Positions 1 through 10,986 of a stretch of 64,000 nt of DNA are shown here, piece after piece. Source of the stretch: Candidatus Latescibacterota bacterium. Lineage in GTDB: Bacteria > Latescibacterota > UBA2968 > UBA8231. Positions within the stretch are counted from its first letter, which is position 1. Each line of letters begins with the position of its first letter. The DNA is taken from positions 1,024,001-1,088,000 of the forward strand of contig CBDAOB010000005.1 in the NCBI GenBank assembly GCA_965197905.1, read 5' to 3'. Made by a program: the position numbers and the translations under genes. A model generated the notes under the pieces. The model was not told where the DNA came from and ran no database searches. It was given only the letters and a program-made list of their open reading frames with translations.

Positions 1-59
1 ATCCAGCCGTAGTAGAACGGCAGACGCCTGGCGAGGAAAAGGGTGAACGTTTTGTTCAT
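1..59 (-). CDS. Partial CDS (5' end only), possible MFS transporter
   Basis: ATG at 59 reads MNKTFTLFLARRLPFYYGW and runs off the window. 'FYYGW' is a common MFS N-terminal motif; only 19 codons are visible. Confidence 0.4.
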   Translation of the reverse strand, partial: MNKTFTLFLARRLPFYYGW

Positions 60-156
60 CGATATCGTGTCTGGTTGAGGACGTATTCAGAAACGGCAAG
101 GATATGTGGAGATGAATCCGGTGACAAATCGGGTCGTCGAGATTTCGACATATTGA

Positions 157-510
157 CAATCGTTCCGTCAGGGAGAGAGAATGACCGTAGCCAGCGCGCC
201 CGGTGATGGCACCACATTCGAGCTGAGGATGCCAATTTGGAGAGGAAAGACAGAACGCGAGGAAGAAGATGGCCGTCGGGGCGAGGCGCAAGAAAACGCC
301 AGGAAAAGCGATCGGGCGCGCGTCCTGGTAGTCGAAGATGACGAAGCGGTGCGCTCTTTTCTCGCTCGCGTCTTGTCCTCGAGAGGGTATGACTATCAGC
401 TGGCCGGCTCGGGTCTGGAGGCGCGCGACGAGTTTCGAGATCGCGGAGTTGCTGGATCAGGCGACCGGCCTCCACCGATCGCGGCAGGTTTAAGCCCGGT
501 GCGACCTCAT
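157..510 (+). pseudogene. Remnant of a hybrid histidine kinase (HATPase C-terminal end plus start of a REC domain)
   Basis: 'TVASAPGDGTTFELRMP' is followed by 'VLVVEDDEAVRSFLARVLSSRGY'. There is an in-frame stop just upstream (~154), and the REC similarity is lost after about 40 aa. Confidence 0.6.
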
Positions 511-3500
511 TCACGGTTTCTTCGGCCAGTACCTGTGCAGCAACTGGCGTACTTGCTCGGCATGTTTGCTGCTGCTGGCCAGTTCTTGTAAATCGTTGTC
601 GGCGCCTATTCGTTCTGCTTCCTCGGTGCCGTATTCAGCGATTGCGGCCGCATAGGTGACGTCGGCCGCTGCCAGGTCTCCCATTGCCAGATAGGCGAGC
701 CCCAAGTTGAACTGTACAATGCTGTGTTTTTGACGTCCCAGGACCGCTTGATACACCGCGGTCGCTCCGGGTATATCCCCTGTTCGATACAAGCCCCATC
801 TCATATTGACGCGGGCTGTCGTGTTGTTTTTGTCCAGCAGCAGAGCTCTTTCGTAGGCTACATTCGATTTCTTGACGGCTCCCAGGTCGAAAAAGGCGAT
901 CCCCAGACGCGTGTAATCGGAGCTTCGGGCAGAGTTGAATTCACGTTGCAGCGCGAGGGTCATGGTTTTCAGCGCTGCGCCAGTGTTGCCCAGGGACGAT
1001 TGCATCTCGCTGAGGGTTAGATAGGTCTCCATAACATCTGAGTTCAATCGGACTGCTCTCGTGAATGCGGCGAGGGCGCCATGCTTGTTCGCACGCTTGA
1101 GTTCGAGTTCCCCTAGCCGCAACAGCGTCCACGGCAGCGATTCTGGAACGGATCGTGCGGACGATGGCCGCGTTGGGCAAAATGTCGGAGGCGCGGTGGT
1201 ACACCGAATGAGCATCGTCGAGCTTGCCCGAGTCGAGCGGAAATACACCCCCGGGGGAATCAATCAGGTTCTGCGTCGCCACCCACAGCTGACGATTCGG
1301 CCTGGCCGCGTTGGGCAAAATGTCGGAGGCGCGGTGGTACACCGAATGAGCATCGTCGAGCTTGCCCAGCTCAATCAACGATTCGGCCTGTCCGAGGTGG
1401 CCGCGGATTTTTTGGGGGTTCAACTCCGCAGCTTCGCGATAGGCATCCACCGCTTGATGGTGATCCTGGTTCAAGGCGTGATACAATCCCAAATTGTAGT
1501 GCACATCCGAGTTCTTGGGAGCTATAGCCCGTGCGTGGGCCAAGTGATCTAGCGCTTTCTCCCATGCGCCTCTGGCCAGCATGATCGATGCCAGTCCCGT
1601 GCGGGCTTCGACGAGCAAAGCCTCTTCGGCGTTTATGGAGACCGTAACTTGATAGGACTTGAGGGCGCTCTCGTCGTCTCCCGACTCTAGCTGGCAGACG
1701 GCCAGAGCATTGAAGAGGCGCGCATCGTTCTGCCGTTTAGCGGCAGGCCACAATAGATCCACAGCCCTTTCTGGATGTCCACTTCTGCGCAGAATGTCCG
1801 CGCGCGCAACAAGCATCTCAGGATCATTGGTTACGCTCACCGAAGCAGCATTGAAAAGCTCCTCCAATTCTGTTAACCTGCCAGCCTCAACCAATTGGGC
1901 AGCCAATAATGTTAAAGTAGTGGCTCGATCCGGTTCAAACCTGAGAGCCTGTCTGCAGGCCACGATCGACGACTCGGGATCTCCCTGGCGAGCGTATCTG
2001 AGACCGAGATTGTGGAAGATGCCGGCAAGAAAAGCATTCATATTGGCGTCCTGCGAGGGTTCTTGCTCTGGTTGCCATGCGCCGCGCGCCCGATTCCTTT
2101 CAAACGACACCAGGGATCGATTCGCTGCTTCCAGGAAGTGGTTGTCCGGCAGTCGTTGAAGCGCTTCGGACATCGTCGATTGGTAGTCGCCGCTTCTGGC
2201 AATCTGATTCTTGATCAATCTAACGTAGGCGTCCGGTAGCGGAACGGCGTTGCCACCCTGCTCGACCGCTCGCTCCCACTGCGTGGCGGCGGCTTGCATC
2301 TTCCGTTCGAAAGTGAGGTTTCTAGCAGCAGCATAGTAGGAGAGGCCTTCTACTTTCCGCATGGCGTAGTAACTGGATAACGCCAGGAGCGCAATGGAGC
2401 CGGCGTACAGCCACAGACCCCTATCGGACGCTATGCGCAGGCGCTCCGCAATCGATGCGAAGAGAAGTGCGGTACCCCCCGACGCCGCGTACAAGTAGCG
2501 TGAGGGTCCCTGCGGTAGCTGCTGAGCAACATCCGGGTTCAACATGATAGGAAGAAACGGAACAAGCGATAGCAGGATCCATACGGCACCATCGGATAGA
2601 CCAGGTTGGCGTAGCAGAATCACGACCGCAAGCACGCCCAGCATCGCGCCGCCGAGATACAACTCCCAGTGGAACTGTTCGTAAAAGGGGAAAGGAACCC
2701 AATGGGCCAGGCTAAACTCGCGGCTCACAAGAAGCAACAGATTGCGACCCGCGTTGATCGCAGGTGCCGTCAAGTCCTCCCACATGCTCCGCACCACGAG
2801 CGATGTCACTACTTGCTCGGCGCTGACTGAGATCATCAGCAGTGCCAATCCTGCCGAGATGACGAATGCGGGCGCCAGACGCAATGCCGCAACACGGAGA
2901 GGCACACCTCGAGACCATTGCCAGTAGAAGCAAAAAACCACAACAGATATCGCGGCAATGTTCGCCAATACCCCTGCCGCTAGGCTGACAAGAGCGCCAA
3001 CTACCCACATCCACTTGCCGGTTTTGAGAAAGCGAAGAAATCCTATCAGGAATCCCAGCATGAATAACATGTACAGCGGATACATGAGTGCCGAGATCCA
3101 ATGAACAGCTTGAAAATGGCTGACATTGATGAGGAACAATGCGCCTGAGAGCAAACTCTGAGGTCTGCTAAATCCCATTGTGTATAGTGCTATCGCGAGC
3201 GTGAAGCTTACCAGTGAGTGAATGCCCACAGAAAGAACGTGGAACCAAAAGGGGTCGTTACCCCAAAGCATCCCGCCTATCCAAAAGAACAGAGCGCTGG
3301 TGGGACGACCCGCCCACTGTGCCGAGAGCGTGAAGAAATTTCTAAAGCTTCGACCGACGGGTTCGTTGGCGGCAAATGTGAAACCGTCGTCGACGTCGGT
3401 AAGGAGATTTGCCAGCCCGTGGAAGTAGACAACGGCAAGTGCCCCTATTTGGGCACCGTACAGCGCCCAAGGGACATGGCGACGTCTTAGAAATTCTGCT

Positions 3501-3511
3501 AGTTGCCGCAT
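511..3511 (-). CDS. TMTC-like multi-pass membrane glycosyltransferase (GT-C) with C-terminal TPR array; frame broken near 1165-1229
   Basis: N-terminal TM region with DVDD, 'WGNDPFWFHVLSVGIH', 'LFLINVSHFQAVHWISA' and 'SRYLY', then many TPRs. The TPRs continue in ORF 511..1263 in another frame. Confidence 0.75.
1165..1367. repeat. 65-bp exact direct repeat (1165-1229 and 1303-1367)
   Basis: tggccgcgttgggcaaaatgtcggaggcgcggtggtacaccgaatgagcatcgtcgagcttgccc occurs twice, 138 bp apart. Confidence 0.95.
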
Positions 3512-3672
3512 TAGGTTCGACCGGGGTTCAACTGCGGCGCGTCAAAACGACGATGCGCTCAGCCCGACGCCAATTGCTGGGGACGGTATCGGGCCCTAGA
3601 TTGATGCTAGCCAGGACAGTTGGAAACACTAATGAAGAAAATCGTGTGTGTGACATCAAAGGTAGATTTGCT

Positions 3673-4551
3673 TTGCGGCGAGATCAGCTGGGCGGAACCG
3701 GCCTGGTCGTAAGCCGGTTGGGGTTCGGCGCGGGCCAGCGCCTTTCACCTGAAGAAACTTTCTCCACCGAACAGGCCGGCCGCTTGTTGAACGCCGTACT
3801 CGACGCGGGAATTAATATCATCGACACCGCGCCCGATTACGGTCCCAGCGAAGCGCAGATCGGACTTCACCTGAGTTCCCGTCGCCAAGAGTTCTTCCTC
3901 GCTACTAAATGTGGCTGCAATATCGACGCGAGCGGCAGGCGGCTAGACCCCGACCATCTCTGGACGGCCGAACGCATTCATTCGAATGTCGATCAAAGCC
4001 TCAAACGACTCAGGACGGACCACGTCGACCTGTTGCAAAGCCACAATGCAACCCCCGAAGATCTGGAGGACAACGGGGTCGTCGAGGCTTTGCTAGCCAT
4101 CAAGGAGGCCGGGAAAACCCTGTTCCTGGGCGCGTCGACGACCGCCCCTCATCTATTAACTCTGGCGCGGTCGGGGGTCTTCGACACCGTTCAGGTTCCG
4201 TATTCAGCGCTTGAACGGCGTCACGAGCAGATGATTCATGACGTCGTCGAGCTCGGGGTCGGAGTTATCGTTCGAGGGGGGATCGCCGCTGGCCACCGAG
4301 CGTATGGACCGGTTCTGGATACCTGGACCCGATCGGGCCTCGACCGACTGCTCGCAGGCATGGACCGCTACGAGTTTCTGCTGCGCTTCGCCTTGGCGCA
4401 TCCGGGATGCCAAACGACGATAGTTGGCACGACCAAGCTCGCCCATCTTGAAGCGAATGTCGCAGCCGCGGAGAAAGGCCCGCTGCCGCCTGAACTATAC
4501 GCACGAGCGAAACAGCTTCTCGATGCAGCCGGAGAGCGGCCCGAGGAGTGA
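3673..4551 (+). CDS. Aldo/keto reductase
   Basis: 'LGGTGLVVSRLGFG', 'GINIIDTAPDYGPSE', 'LATKCG', 'SLKRLRTDHVDLLQSH'. TTG start at 3673 is inferred. Confidence 0.9.
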   Translation: MRRDQLGGTGLVVSRLGFGAGQRLSPEETFSTEQAGRLLNAVLDAGINIIDTAPDYGPSEAQIGLHLSSRRQEFFLATKCGCNIDASGRRLDPDHLWTAERIHSNVDQSLKRLRTDHVDLLQSHNATPEDLEDNGVVEALLAIKEAGKTLFLGASTTAPHLLTLARSGVFDTVQVPYSALERRHEQMIHDVVELGVGVIVRGGIAAGHRAYGPVLDTWTRSGLDRLLAGMDRYEFLLRFALAHPGCQTTIVGTTKLAHLEANVAAAEKGPLPPELYARAKQLLDAAGERPEE

Positions 4552-4565
4552 TTCCAGCTGTGCGA

Positions 4566-5384
4566 TCAATCCAGGTGGTACAATTCCGGCCGCCGCAGAT
4601 CGAGACTCGGTAGCCGGCGGCGCAGGTCTCGCACGTACTCCAGGTCGATCTCCGCACGGATGATGTCCTCCCGCCCCTGGGCCTTTGCGATCGGAATGCC
4701 CCACGGATCGATAATGGCGCTCCGCCCGAACGGAAAGTCGCTCCCAAGCTGACCAAACTGATTGGCTGCCACAACGTAGCACAGATTGTGGAGCGCGGCG
4801 CTCATGGTCAAAAGATCCCAGTGGTCCGTGCGGGGGGGCAGCGGCTGCCCGCTGGGAAACGCGGCAGGGATGGCGATGAGTTCTGCCCCCTTGAGCGCGA
4901 GGCTGCGTGCCACCTCGGGGAATCGCAGGTCGTAACAGACCATCACACCCAGCCGGCCCACGTCCAAGTTGCAGACACAAAGCTCGTCGCCCGGCGCGAC
5001 AAAGGAGGACTCGCGGAAAGCCAGAGCATCCATGAGATGGGTTTTACGATATCTGCCGATCTCTTCGCCCTCTCGATCGAACACCAGGGTGGTGTTGTAG
5101 GCCCTGCCATCCGGCGCTGTCTCGGCAAAGCTTCCAGTCACCAGGTTGACACGGCAGGCGCGCGCCTTTTCGCGCATCGCCTCCGAGAACGGACCAGGGA
5201 TCGGTTCTGCCATCTCCTCGACGTTGGCAGGGGTTGGTTCGCCGTTGCAGTACTCGGGCAACACGACCAGGTCGACCGGTTCCCGCCGCGTTGCGATGTC
5301 AACGAAATCGATCGCTTTTTGCAGGTTTTCTTCCGGGTTGCCGCTGGCGCCCAATTGCACCGCGGCCACGTTAAAGCTATTCAA
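4566..5384 (-). CDS. Carbon-nitrogen hydrolase (nitrilase/Nit1-like amidase)
   Basis: Glu-Lys-Cys triad motifs VLPEY, YRKTHL and VCYDLRFPE; also 'GRSAIIDPWG'. Confidence 0.92.
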   Translation of the reverse strand: MNSFNVAAVQLGASGNPEENLQKAIDFVDIATRREPVDLVVLPEYCNGEPTPANVEEMAEPIPGPFSEAMREKARACRVNLVTGSFAETAPDGRAYNTTLVFDREGEEIGRYRKTHLMDALAFRESSFVAPGDELCVCNLDVGRLGVMVCYDLRFPEVARSLALKGAELIAIPAAFPSGQPLPPRTDHWDLLTMSAALHNLCYVVAANQFGQLGSDFPFGRSAIIDPWGIPIAKAQGREDIIRAEIDLEYVRDLRRRLPSLDLRRPELYHLD

Positions 5385-5569
5385 TGCCTCTTCTCCGCAA
5401 GTCGTATTTCGATCCGCAACAGCTCACACCGCGAAATCAACTATGCAATCTCAGCGCCCTCGCAGTGTAGACCAGCAGCTCAGCAACCTGGCGCCCATTG
5501 AACAGCCGTCACTGCGCCCTATCTTAAAGTCGCACCTCTGGAGGTTGATCTCAATACCCGGAGCGCCCA

Positions 5570-6443
5570 ATGAACGCGAGGCTCTCAGATAAAGTCGCCA
5601 TCGTCACCGGATCGGGACAGGGCATCGGCAAAGGCATCGCCCTGCGTCTGGCGGCCGAGGGAGCGACGGTCGTAGTGGCGGAGTTCAACGAGGATACCGC
5701 TCGCGCGACGGTATCCGAGATCGAAGCGGAAGGCGGGTGCGCCCCTGGCCTACCAGATCGACATCAGCGACGTTCCTGCCATAGATCGCATGACTTCCGC
5801 GGTAACGTCCGAATTCGGCCATATCGACATCCTGGTAAATAACGCCGGTGTCGTGCAAACGAAACCGATGATGGAGCTGACCGAAACGGACTGGGACCGG
5901 GTCTTGAACGTCAACATGCGGGGAACCTTCTTCTGCATTCAAGCCGTGGCGCGCCAGATGATCGAGCAGTTACCAGAGGAGATCGCCCAGGCCGGTGCTC
6001 CAGCCGATCTGATCAATATGGGGGACAAGAAGCAGGTTTCCGCCGAACGACCGGCGTGCTCCTTCGGGAAGATCGTAAGTCTTTCTTCTATCTCGGGTCG
6101 GCGCGGGCGGCCCCTGCAGACCCACTATGCCGCCAGTAAGGCGGCGATCATCAGTATCACCCAGTCGACGGCATTGGCTCTCGCTCCGTACAACATCAAT
6201 GCGAACGCCATTGCCCCCGGGGTCGTGCCAACACCGATGTGGGAAGAGATCGACAAAGATCGAGGCGAGCTTTTCGGAGCCGGTGCCGGCGAGGCGATGG
6301 CGGCGTTCGTGGACACGGTGCCGCTGAAGAGAGTTTCCCGTCCGGAAGACATCGCCGCGGCCGTTGCGTTCCTCTGCTCGTCGGACGCTGACTACATAAC
6401 CGGCCAGACTCTGAACGTGGATGGCGGCTTCGAAATGGACTAG
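5570..6443 (+). CDS. SDR-family oxidoreductase (sorbitol/acetoin dehydrogenase-like); +1 frameshift at 5742-5745
   Basis: TGSGQGIG in ORF 5570..5842; NNAG, YAASK and VDGG in ORF 5790..6443. Removing one C from 'gcccctg' joins the two. Confidence 0.85.
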
Positions 6444-6474
6444 CAGTGCAGAACGTCACCGAAGGCTCGAACGC

Positions 6475-7947
6475 ATGACAGACAATCATTACGACCCCGG
6501 GCTTCGCCTCTTTGTCGACGACGCGGAGGTGCAGGATCATCCCGGTTTCACCCGGCTGGTGCTCCAGCCTGCCCGCGTTCAGCTTGAACCTGTGGTTTGC
6601 TGCGACCGACCCTGGGAGGGCAATTCGGTGGCTCTGTGGGGGTCGGTGCTGTACGACGACGAAGAAGACCTCTTCAAGATGTGGTACTTCACATTCGGGA
6701 CCACCGAAAGCGGAGACCAGGTCCATTTCATGTGTTATGCGACTTCAACGGATGGAATTGGCTGGGACAAGCCAGAGTTGGGAATCGTTCCATGGAAAGG
6801 ATCCACCGCCACCAACATCGTCTACCCACCTCCAGCAAGAGCCGATATTGGCATGGATCCCTGGGGTGTGGTGAAGGATACCCGCGATCCGGATCCGGCC
6901 AGGAGGTACAAAATGGGCGGGTTCCAGGAGCGACTCGCAGATGTGCCGCGGGCAAACAACACCAACACAAATGAGGAGCGTCAGGCCTACATGCGTTCGG
7001 TCGCCGACCGCCACGGAATGTACGCGGCCTTTTCACCGGATGGACTCAACTGGACGATCTATGATACGCTGCTGATACCGCGTTGTGGTGACGCCGGGGC
7101 GATGGTCTACGATTACGCAGCGAATCGCTTCGTGGCGGTCTCGCGGCGTTACAATACCGTCGTCGATCATTTCGTTCTGATGTGGAAGAGATATCGCCGT
7201 GTTATCGCCGTTTCGACCAGTGAGGATTTCGCGACCTGGACGCCGGCGCAGACCGTGTTGAAACCCGACGACTTCGACGAGGATCGCGACCAGATGTACG
7301 ATATGGTACCGTTTGCATACGGGAACCAGTACCTCGGCTTCGTCTGGATGTTTCGAACCGAGCTCGATTTGGGCCGCACGGAGCTCACGAGTGCCCGCGC
7401 CATCGATCGCTGGCAGCGGGTCGGGAAGAGGAAGCCGTTTCTCGATGTGGGCGCACCCGGAGCGTGGGATGATGGCTGGGTTACGTGCGCTGCGAATGGA
7501 CCTATTCGGAGCCGGGACACGCTGCACGTTTATTACTCCGGGATACGGCGGCATGGAAGCGATCGCGTCAACCGCGGCGGCATAGGACTGGTCACGCTGC
7601 GCAAGGATGGTTTTGTCGCCTTTCGCTGCGGAAACCAAGGAGGAGACGTGATGACCGAGCCGGTGGGCGTGAGCGGACCGAGGCTGTTTCTGAACGCCGC
7701 GGTATTCGGCACCAAGATGGGAGCTGAACTCGGCAGCGTCCGCGTGCGCGTTGTCGTCGATACGGAGGTTCCGGAGGAATTCACCTTCGAGACCTGCAAC
7801 GGTCTGGTACGCGACGACCAGACAGATTTCGAAATCACCTGGGGTCCCGATCGCAAGAATCTCTCTAGTTTTACCGGCCAGGAGGTGAGATTGCACATTC
7901 AGGCCGACGGACCTGCCACCCTTTATTCCTACCGCTTCGGCGACTAG
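6475..7947 (+). CDS. Uncharacterised five-bladed beta-propeller (GH32/GH43-like fold) protein with C-terminal beta-sandwich
   Basis: 'YATSTDGIGWDKPELG', 'DPDPARRYKM', 'SPDGLNWT', 'LVTLRKDGFVA'; no signal peptide. Confidence 0.7.
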   Translation: MTDNHYDPGLRLFVDDAEVQDHPGFTRLVLQPARVQLEPVVCCDRPWEGNSVALWGSVLYDDEEDLFKMWYFTFGTTESGDQVHFMCYATSTDGIGWDKPELGIVPWKGSTATNIVYPPPARADIGMDPWGVVKDTRDPDPARRYKMGGFQERLADVPRANNTNTNEERQAYMRSVADRHGMYAAFSPDGLNWTIYDTLLIPRCGDAGAMVYDYAANRFVAVSRRYNTVVDHFVLMWKRYRRVIAVSTSEDFATWTPAQTVLKPDDFDEDRDQMYDMVPFAYGNQYLGFVWMFRTELDLGRTELTSARAIDRWQRVGKRKPFLDVGAPGAWDDGWVTCAANGPIRSRDTLHVYYSGIRRHGSDRVNRGGIGLVTLRKDGFVAFRCGNQGGDVMTEPVGVSGPRLFLNAAVFGTKMGAELGSVRVRVVVDTEVPEEFTFETCNGLVRDDQTDFEITWGPDRKNLSSFTGQEVRLHIQADGPATLYSYRFGD

Positions 7948-7959
7948 AGAGGTAACGAC

Positions 7960-9429
7960 ATGAGCACCCAGACTGCTTCTAGAGTGCCCAATTTCGTAGG
8001 TGGCACTGAACAGACCAGTGACGCCGAACGCTCGATTCCTTTGACCGTGCCCGCCACCGGTGAAACAATCGGCGAGGTGGCTGTCACTTCGGCAGCTGAG
8101 CTGGATACAGCCGTCTCGGTAGCCGAGGAAGCCCAAAAAGCTTGGGGCGCGCAGACCATCAAGGATCGAGCCCAGGTGCTCTTCGCGGCCAAACGGCTCT
8201 TCGAAGAGAACACCGAGCAAATCGCCGAGATCATTAGCCGCGAAAACGGCAAAACCCTCGCTGAAGCCGGCGCCAGCGTGTCGCGAGGTATCGAGTGCAT
8301 AGAGTTCGCCACCAGTTTACCGCAGATCGCCGCCGGCGAGGTCCTGGAGGTGAGTCGCGGCATCGAATGCAAGACGGTGCGTTTTCCGCTGGGAGTGGTG
8401 GCGAGCATCACCCCGTTCAATTTCCCCGCCATGGTGCCCCTCTGGATGACGCCGATGGCCATCGGCATGGGAAACGCGGTCATCATCAAACCATCTGAGC
8501 AGACCCCACTGGCGGCGGTCGAAGTGGCCAAGCTGTTCCTGGAAGCCGGGGCGCCTCCCGGTATCGTATCGGTCGTGCATGGCGACCGGGAAACGGTGGA
8601 ATCGATCTGCGACCATCCGCGGATACGCGCGATCGGATTCGTCGGTTCCACCACTGCGGCCAAGGCGGTCTACGAGCGGGGCACGGCCCACGGCAAGAGG
8701 GTGCGGGCGATGGGCGGCGCCAAGAACCACCTGGTGGTGATGCCGGATGCCGATGCGGAAATGACCGCCGCCAATGTGATCGCTTCATCCATGGACTGTG
8801 CCGGCCAACGTTGCATGGCCGCCAGCGTCATGCTGGCGGTGGGTGACGTCGACCATATCATCGAGCTGGTTCGCGACAAGATGTCCGCGATCGAGGCGGG
8901 TAACCAGATGGGTGCTATCATCAGTCCAAAAGCGAAAGAGCGCATCGAGGGTTATGTCGAGCGCGCGGCGAAGAACGGTGCTGACTTAATTCTCGATGGC
9001 CGCGAACAGGTGGCTGCGGGGGCGCATCCGGAAGGGAATTTCGTCGGACCGTCGATCATCGATCGCGCTTCAGCTGACCACGAAGCCGCATGTGACGAGA
9101 TCTTTGGCCCCACCTTGACCATCGTGCGCTGCAAGGATCTGGAGGAAGCTCTGGCGGTTGAGAACGGCAATGCCTATGGCAATGCCGCCGCCATCTATAC
9201 CAGCTCCGGCGAGGTTGCCCAGTACTTCGGCGAGCGCGCCAGCGCCGGCATGGTCGGCATCAACATCGGCGTGCCGGTGCCGCGGGAACCGTTTGCTTTC
9301 GGCGGTTGGAACCAGAGCAGCTTCGGCGGCGGCGACATCACCGGCCGCAGCGCCATCGACTTCTGGTCCAAAACCAAAAAAATCACCACCAAGTGGTCCG
9401 ACCAATATCGGAAGGACTGGATGAGCTGA
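7960..9429 (+). CDS. mmsA: CoA-acylating (methyl)malonate-semialdehyde dehydrogenase
   Basis: 'PFNFPAMVPLW', 'MGGAKNHLVVMPDAD', 'CAGQRCMA', 'GMVGINIGVPVP'. Confidence 0.9.
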   Translation: MSTQTASRVPNFVGGTEQTSDAERSIPLTVPATGETIGEVAVTSAAELDTAVSVAEEAQKAWGAQTIKDRAQVLFAAKRLFEENTEQIAEIISRENGKTLAEAGASVSRGIECIEFATSLPQIAAGEVLEVSRGIECKTVRFPLGVVASITPFNFPAMVPLWMTPMAIGMGNAVIIKPSEQTPLAAVEVAKLFLEAGAPPGIVSVVHGDRETVESICDHPRIRAIGFVGSTTAAKAVYERGTAHGKRVRAMGGAKNHLVVMPDADAEMTAANVIASSMDCAGQRCMAASVMLAVGDVDHIIELVRDKMSAIEAGNQMGAIISPKAKERIEGYVERAAKNGADLILDGREQVAAGAHPEGNFVGPSIIDRASADHEAACDEIFGPTLTIVRCKDLEEALAVENGNAYGNAAAIYTSSGEVAQYFGERASAGMVGINIGVPVPREPFAFGGWNQSSFGGGDITGRSAIDFWSKTKKITTKWSDQYRKDWMS

Positions 9430-9431
9430 TC

Positions 9432-10979
9432 ATGAGCGAGCGGGGACCAAAAACCACACCCGTGCTTGACTGGCACGGGGTTTGGCCCGGATACGCCAGC
9501 TACGACGAAGAGGGCAACTATTTTCCCCAGGATATGCCCAGAGGCATCAGGCTCTCAGTACAGGAAGCGGTCCTCACCGAACCCGTTTTTCAGCTGGAGC
9601 AGCGCTGGGAACGCTCCTCGGTTCACTATCCGGCAATCATACGCGAGCCGGATCGATTCCGTCTTTGGTACCTGGCATATCCGGATGTAGACGACCCCTG
9701 GGTCAAGGCGGGAAACATTCCCGGTAAGTACCCAATCTTGTGGTGCTACGCCGAGAGTTCCGATGGCTACCACTGGGAACGACCCGAACTTGGCATCTAT
9801 TCCTTCGACGGCTCCACCGCCAACAACATCATGATGGCTTGTGGCAAAGTGGGTGCCATGGGATACATGCACCTGATGCGGAATCCCAAAGGGCCTGACG
9901 AAGAGCGCTACATCGCCGTCGGTATCGAGGGCGAGTTCAAGATCGATGGTCGCCCGGCCACTCAGAAGGAATACCTGGATCTCACCCACAAGCTGCAAGC
10001 GGCGGGAGATGCCGGCTCCATCGGCGAGCGGGTGGATCGGCAGGTGGTCGTGAAGGCGGGGATTTCACCTGATGGGTTGCACTGGACCCATCTCGAAGAG
10101 CCGATCCTGCGAACCCCATATCTGCTGGACACCCAGAACATCCTCGCCTACGACGACAGCATCGGAAAGTACGTTATCTATCTACGCAGCGGGCGTGCGC
10201 GGCGGCGCGCGGTGGCGCGCTACGAAGCGGAAAGCTTTCGCGGTCCCTGGGCCAACCATCTGGTGGTGCTTACCGCCGAACCGGATGATCCGCCGGACTG
10301 GTCGATATACGCGCCGGCCTACTGTCGCCATCCGCGGGGTGGACACCTGATGTTCTTCAGCCCCTTTCGCCAGGCCGGCGATCTGTTGGATGTCTATCTG
10401 GCGGTTAGTCATGATGGGCAGTTGTGGGCACGCCCGGAACGCAAACCGATTATCCCGCTTACGGATCGGTACGGCGGACTGTATCCCACGCCGGAGCTCG
10501 TGGAGCTGGATAGAGACACCTGGGGCGTCATGACCATGGGCTGCCAGCATGCCCACAATTATCTCGCCGCAAGCGCGGAGGACACCCTCAGACTCATGAA
10601 GAAACATCCGTCCGAATTCGTCTGGGCCACATGGAAGCGGGACCGGCTCGTGGCGATCGAAGCGGATGACTACGCCGAATTCACCATGTCGGAACTGGAA
10701 TGCTGCGGTGGGCAGTTACAGGTGAATTTCAAGACCCATCAACCGGGTGCCCACATCAAGGTCGAGATCGTCGACGGAGGCATACCCAATCGCTCCTCGG
10801 CGGAAAATCCGCCGGCGCTGGCTGGATTTGCCTTCGACAACTGCGACGCCCTTTCGGGCGACAACCTGGACGGTGTTGTCAGCTGGGGCGGCACCTCGGA
10901 TCTGTCCGCGCTCAAAGGCAAGAATATTCACCTGCGTTTTCGCATGGCTCGCGCCAAGCTGTTCGCGGTGACGCTATAG
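9432..10979 (+). CDS. Uncharacterised beta-propeller protein, close paralog of 20485..22002
   Basis: 'YAESSDGYHWERPELG', 'SPDGLHWT', 'SHDGQLWARPER', C-terminal 'LRFRMARAKLFAVTL'. Confidence 0.75.
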   Translation: MSERGPKTTPVLDWHGVWPGYASYDEEGNYFPQDMPRGIRLSVQEAVLTEPVFQLEQRWERSSVHYPAIIREPDRFRLWYLAYPDVDDPWVKAGNIPGKYPILWCYAESSDGYHWERPELGIYSFDGSTANNIMMACGKVGAMGYMHLMRNPKGPDEERYIAVGIEGEFKIDGRPATQKEYLDLTHKLQAAGDAGSIGERVDRQVVVKAGISPDGLHWTHLEEPILRTPYLLDTQNILAYDDSIGKYVIYLRSGRARRRAVARYEAESFRGPWANHLVVLTAEPDDPPDWSIYAPAYCRHPRGGHLMFFSPFRQAGDLLDVYLAVSHDGQLWARPERKPIIPLTDRYGGLYPTPELVELDRDTWGVMTMGCQHAHNYLAASAEDTLRLMKKHPSEFVWATWKRDRLVAIEADDYAEFTMSELECCGGQLQVNFKTHQPGAHIKVEIVDGGIPNRSSAENPPALAGFAFDNCDALSGDNLDGVVSWGGTSDLSALKGKNIHLRFRMARAKLFAVTL

Positions 10980-10986
10980 CGTCCCG

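Noticed and set aside
7033..8220. 395-aa minus-strand ORF (and similar long antisense ORFs at 14059..15159, 25024..26139, 53506..54507, 56417..57454, 59566..60804)
   Set aside because: They are shadow ORFs opposite well-supported genes in GC-rich DNA and carry no motifs.
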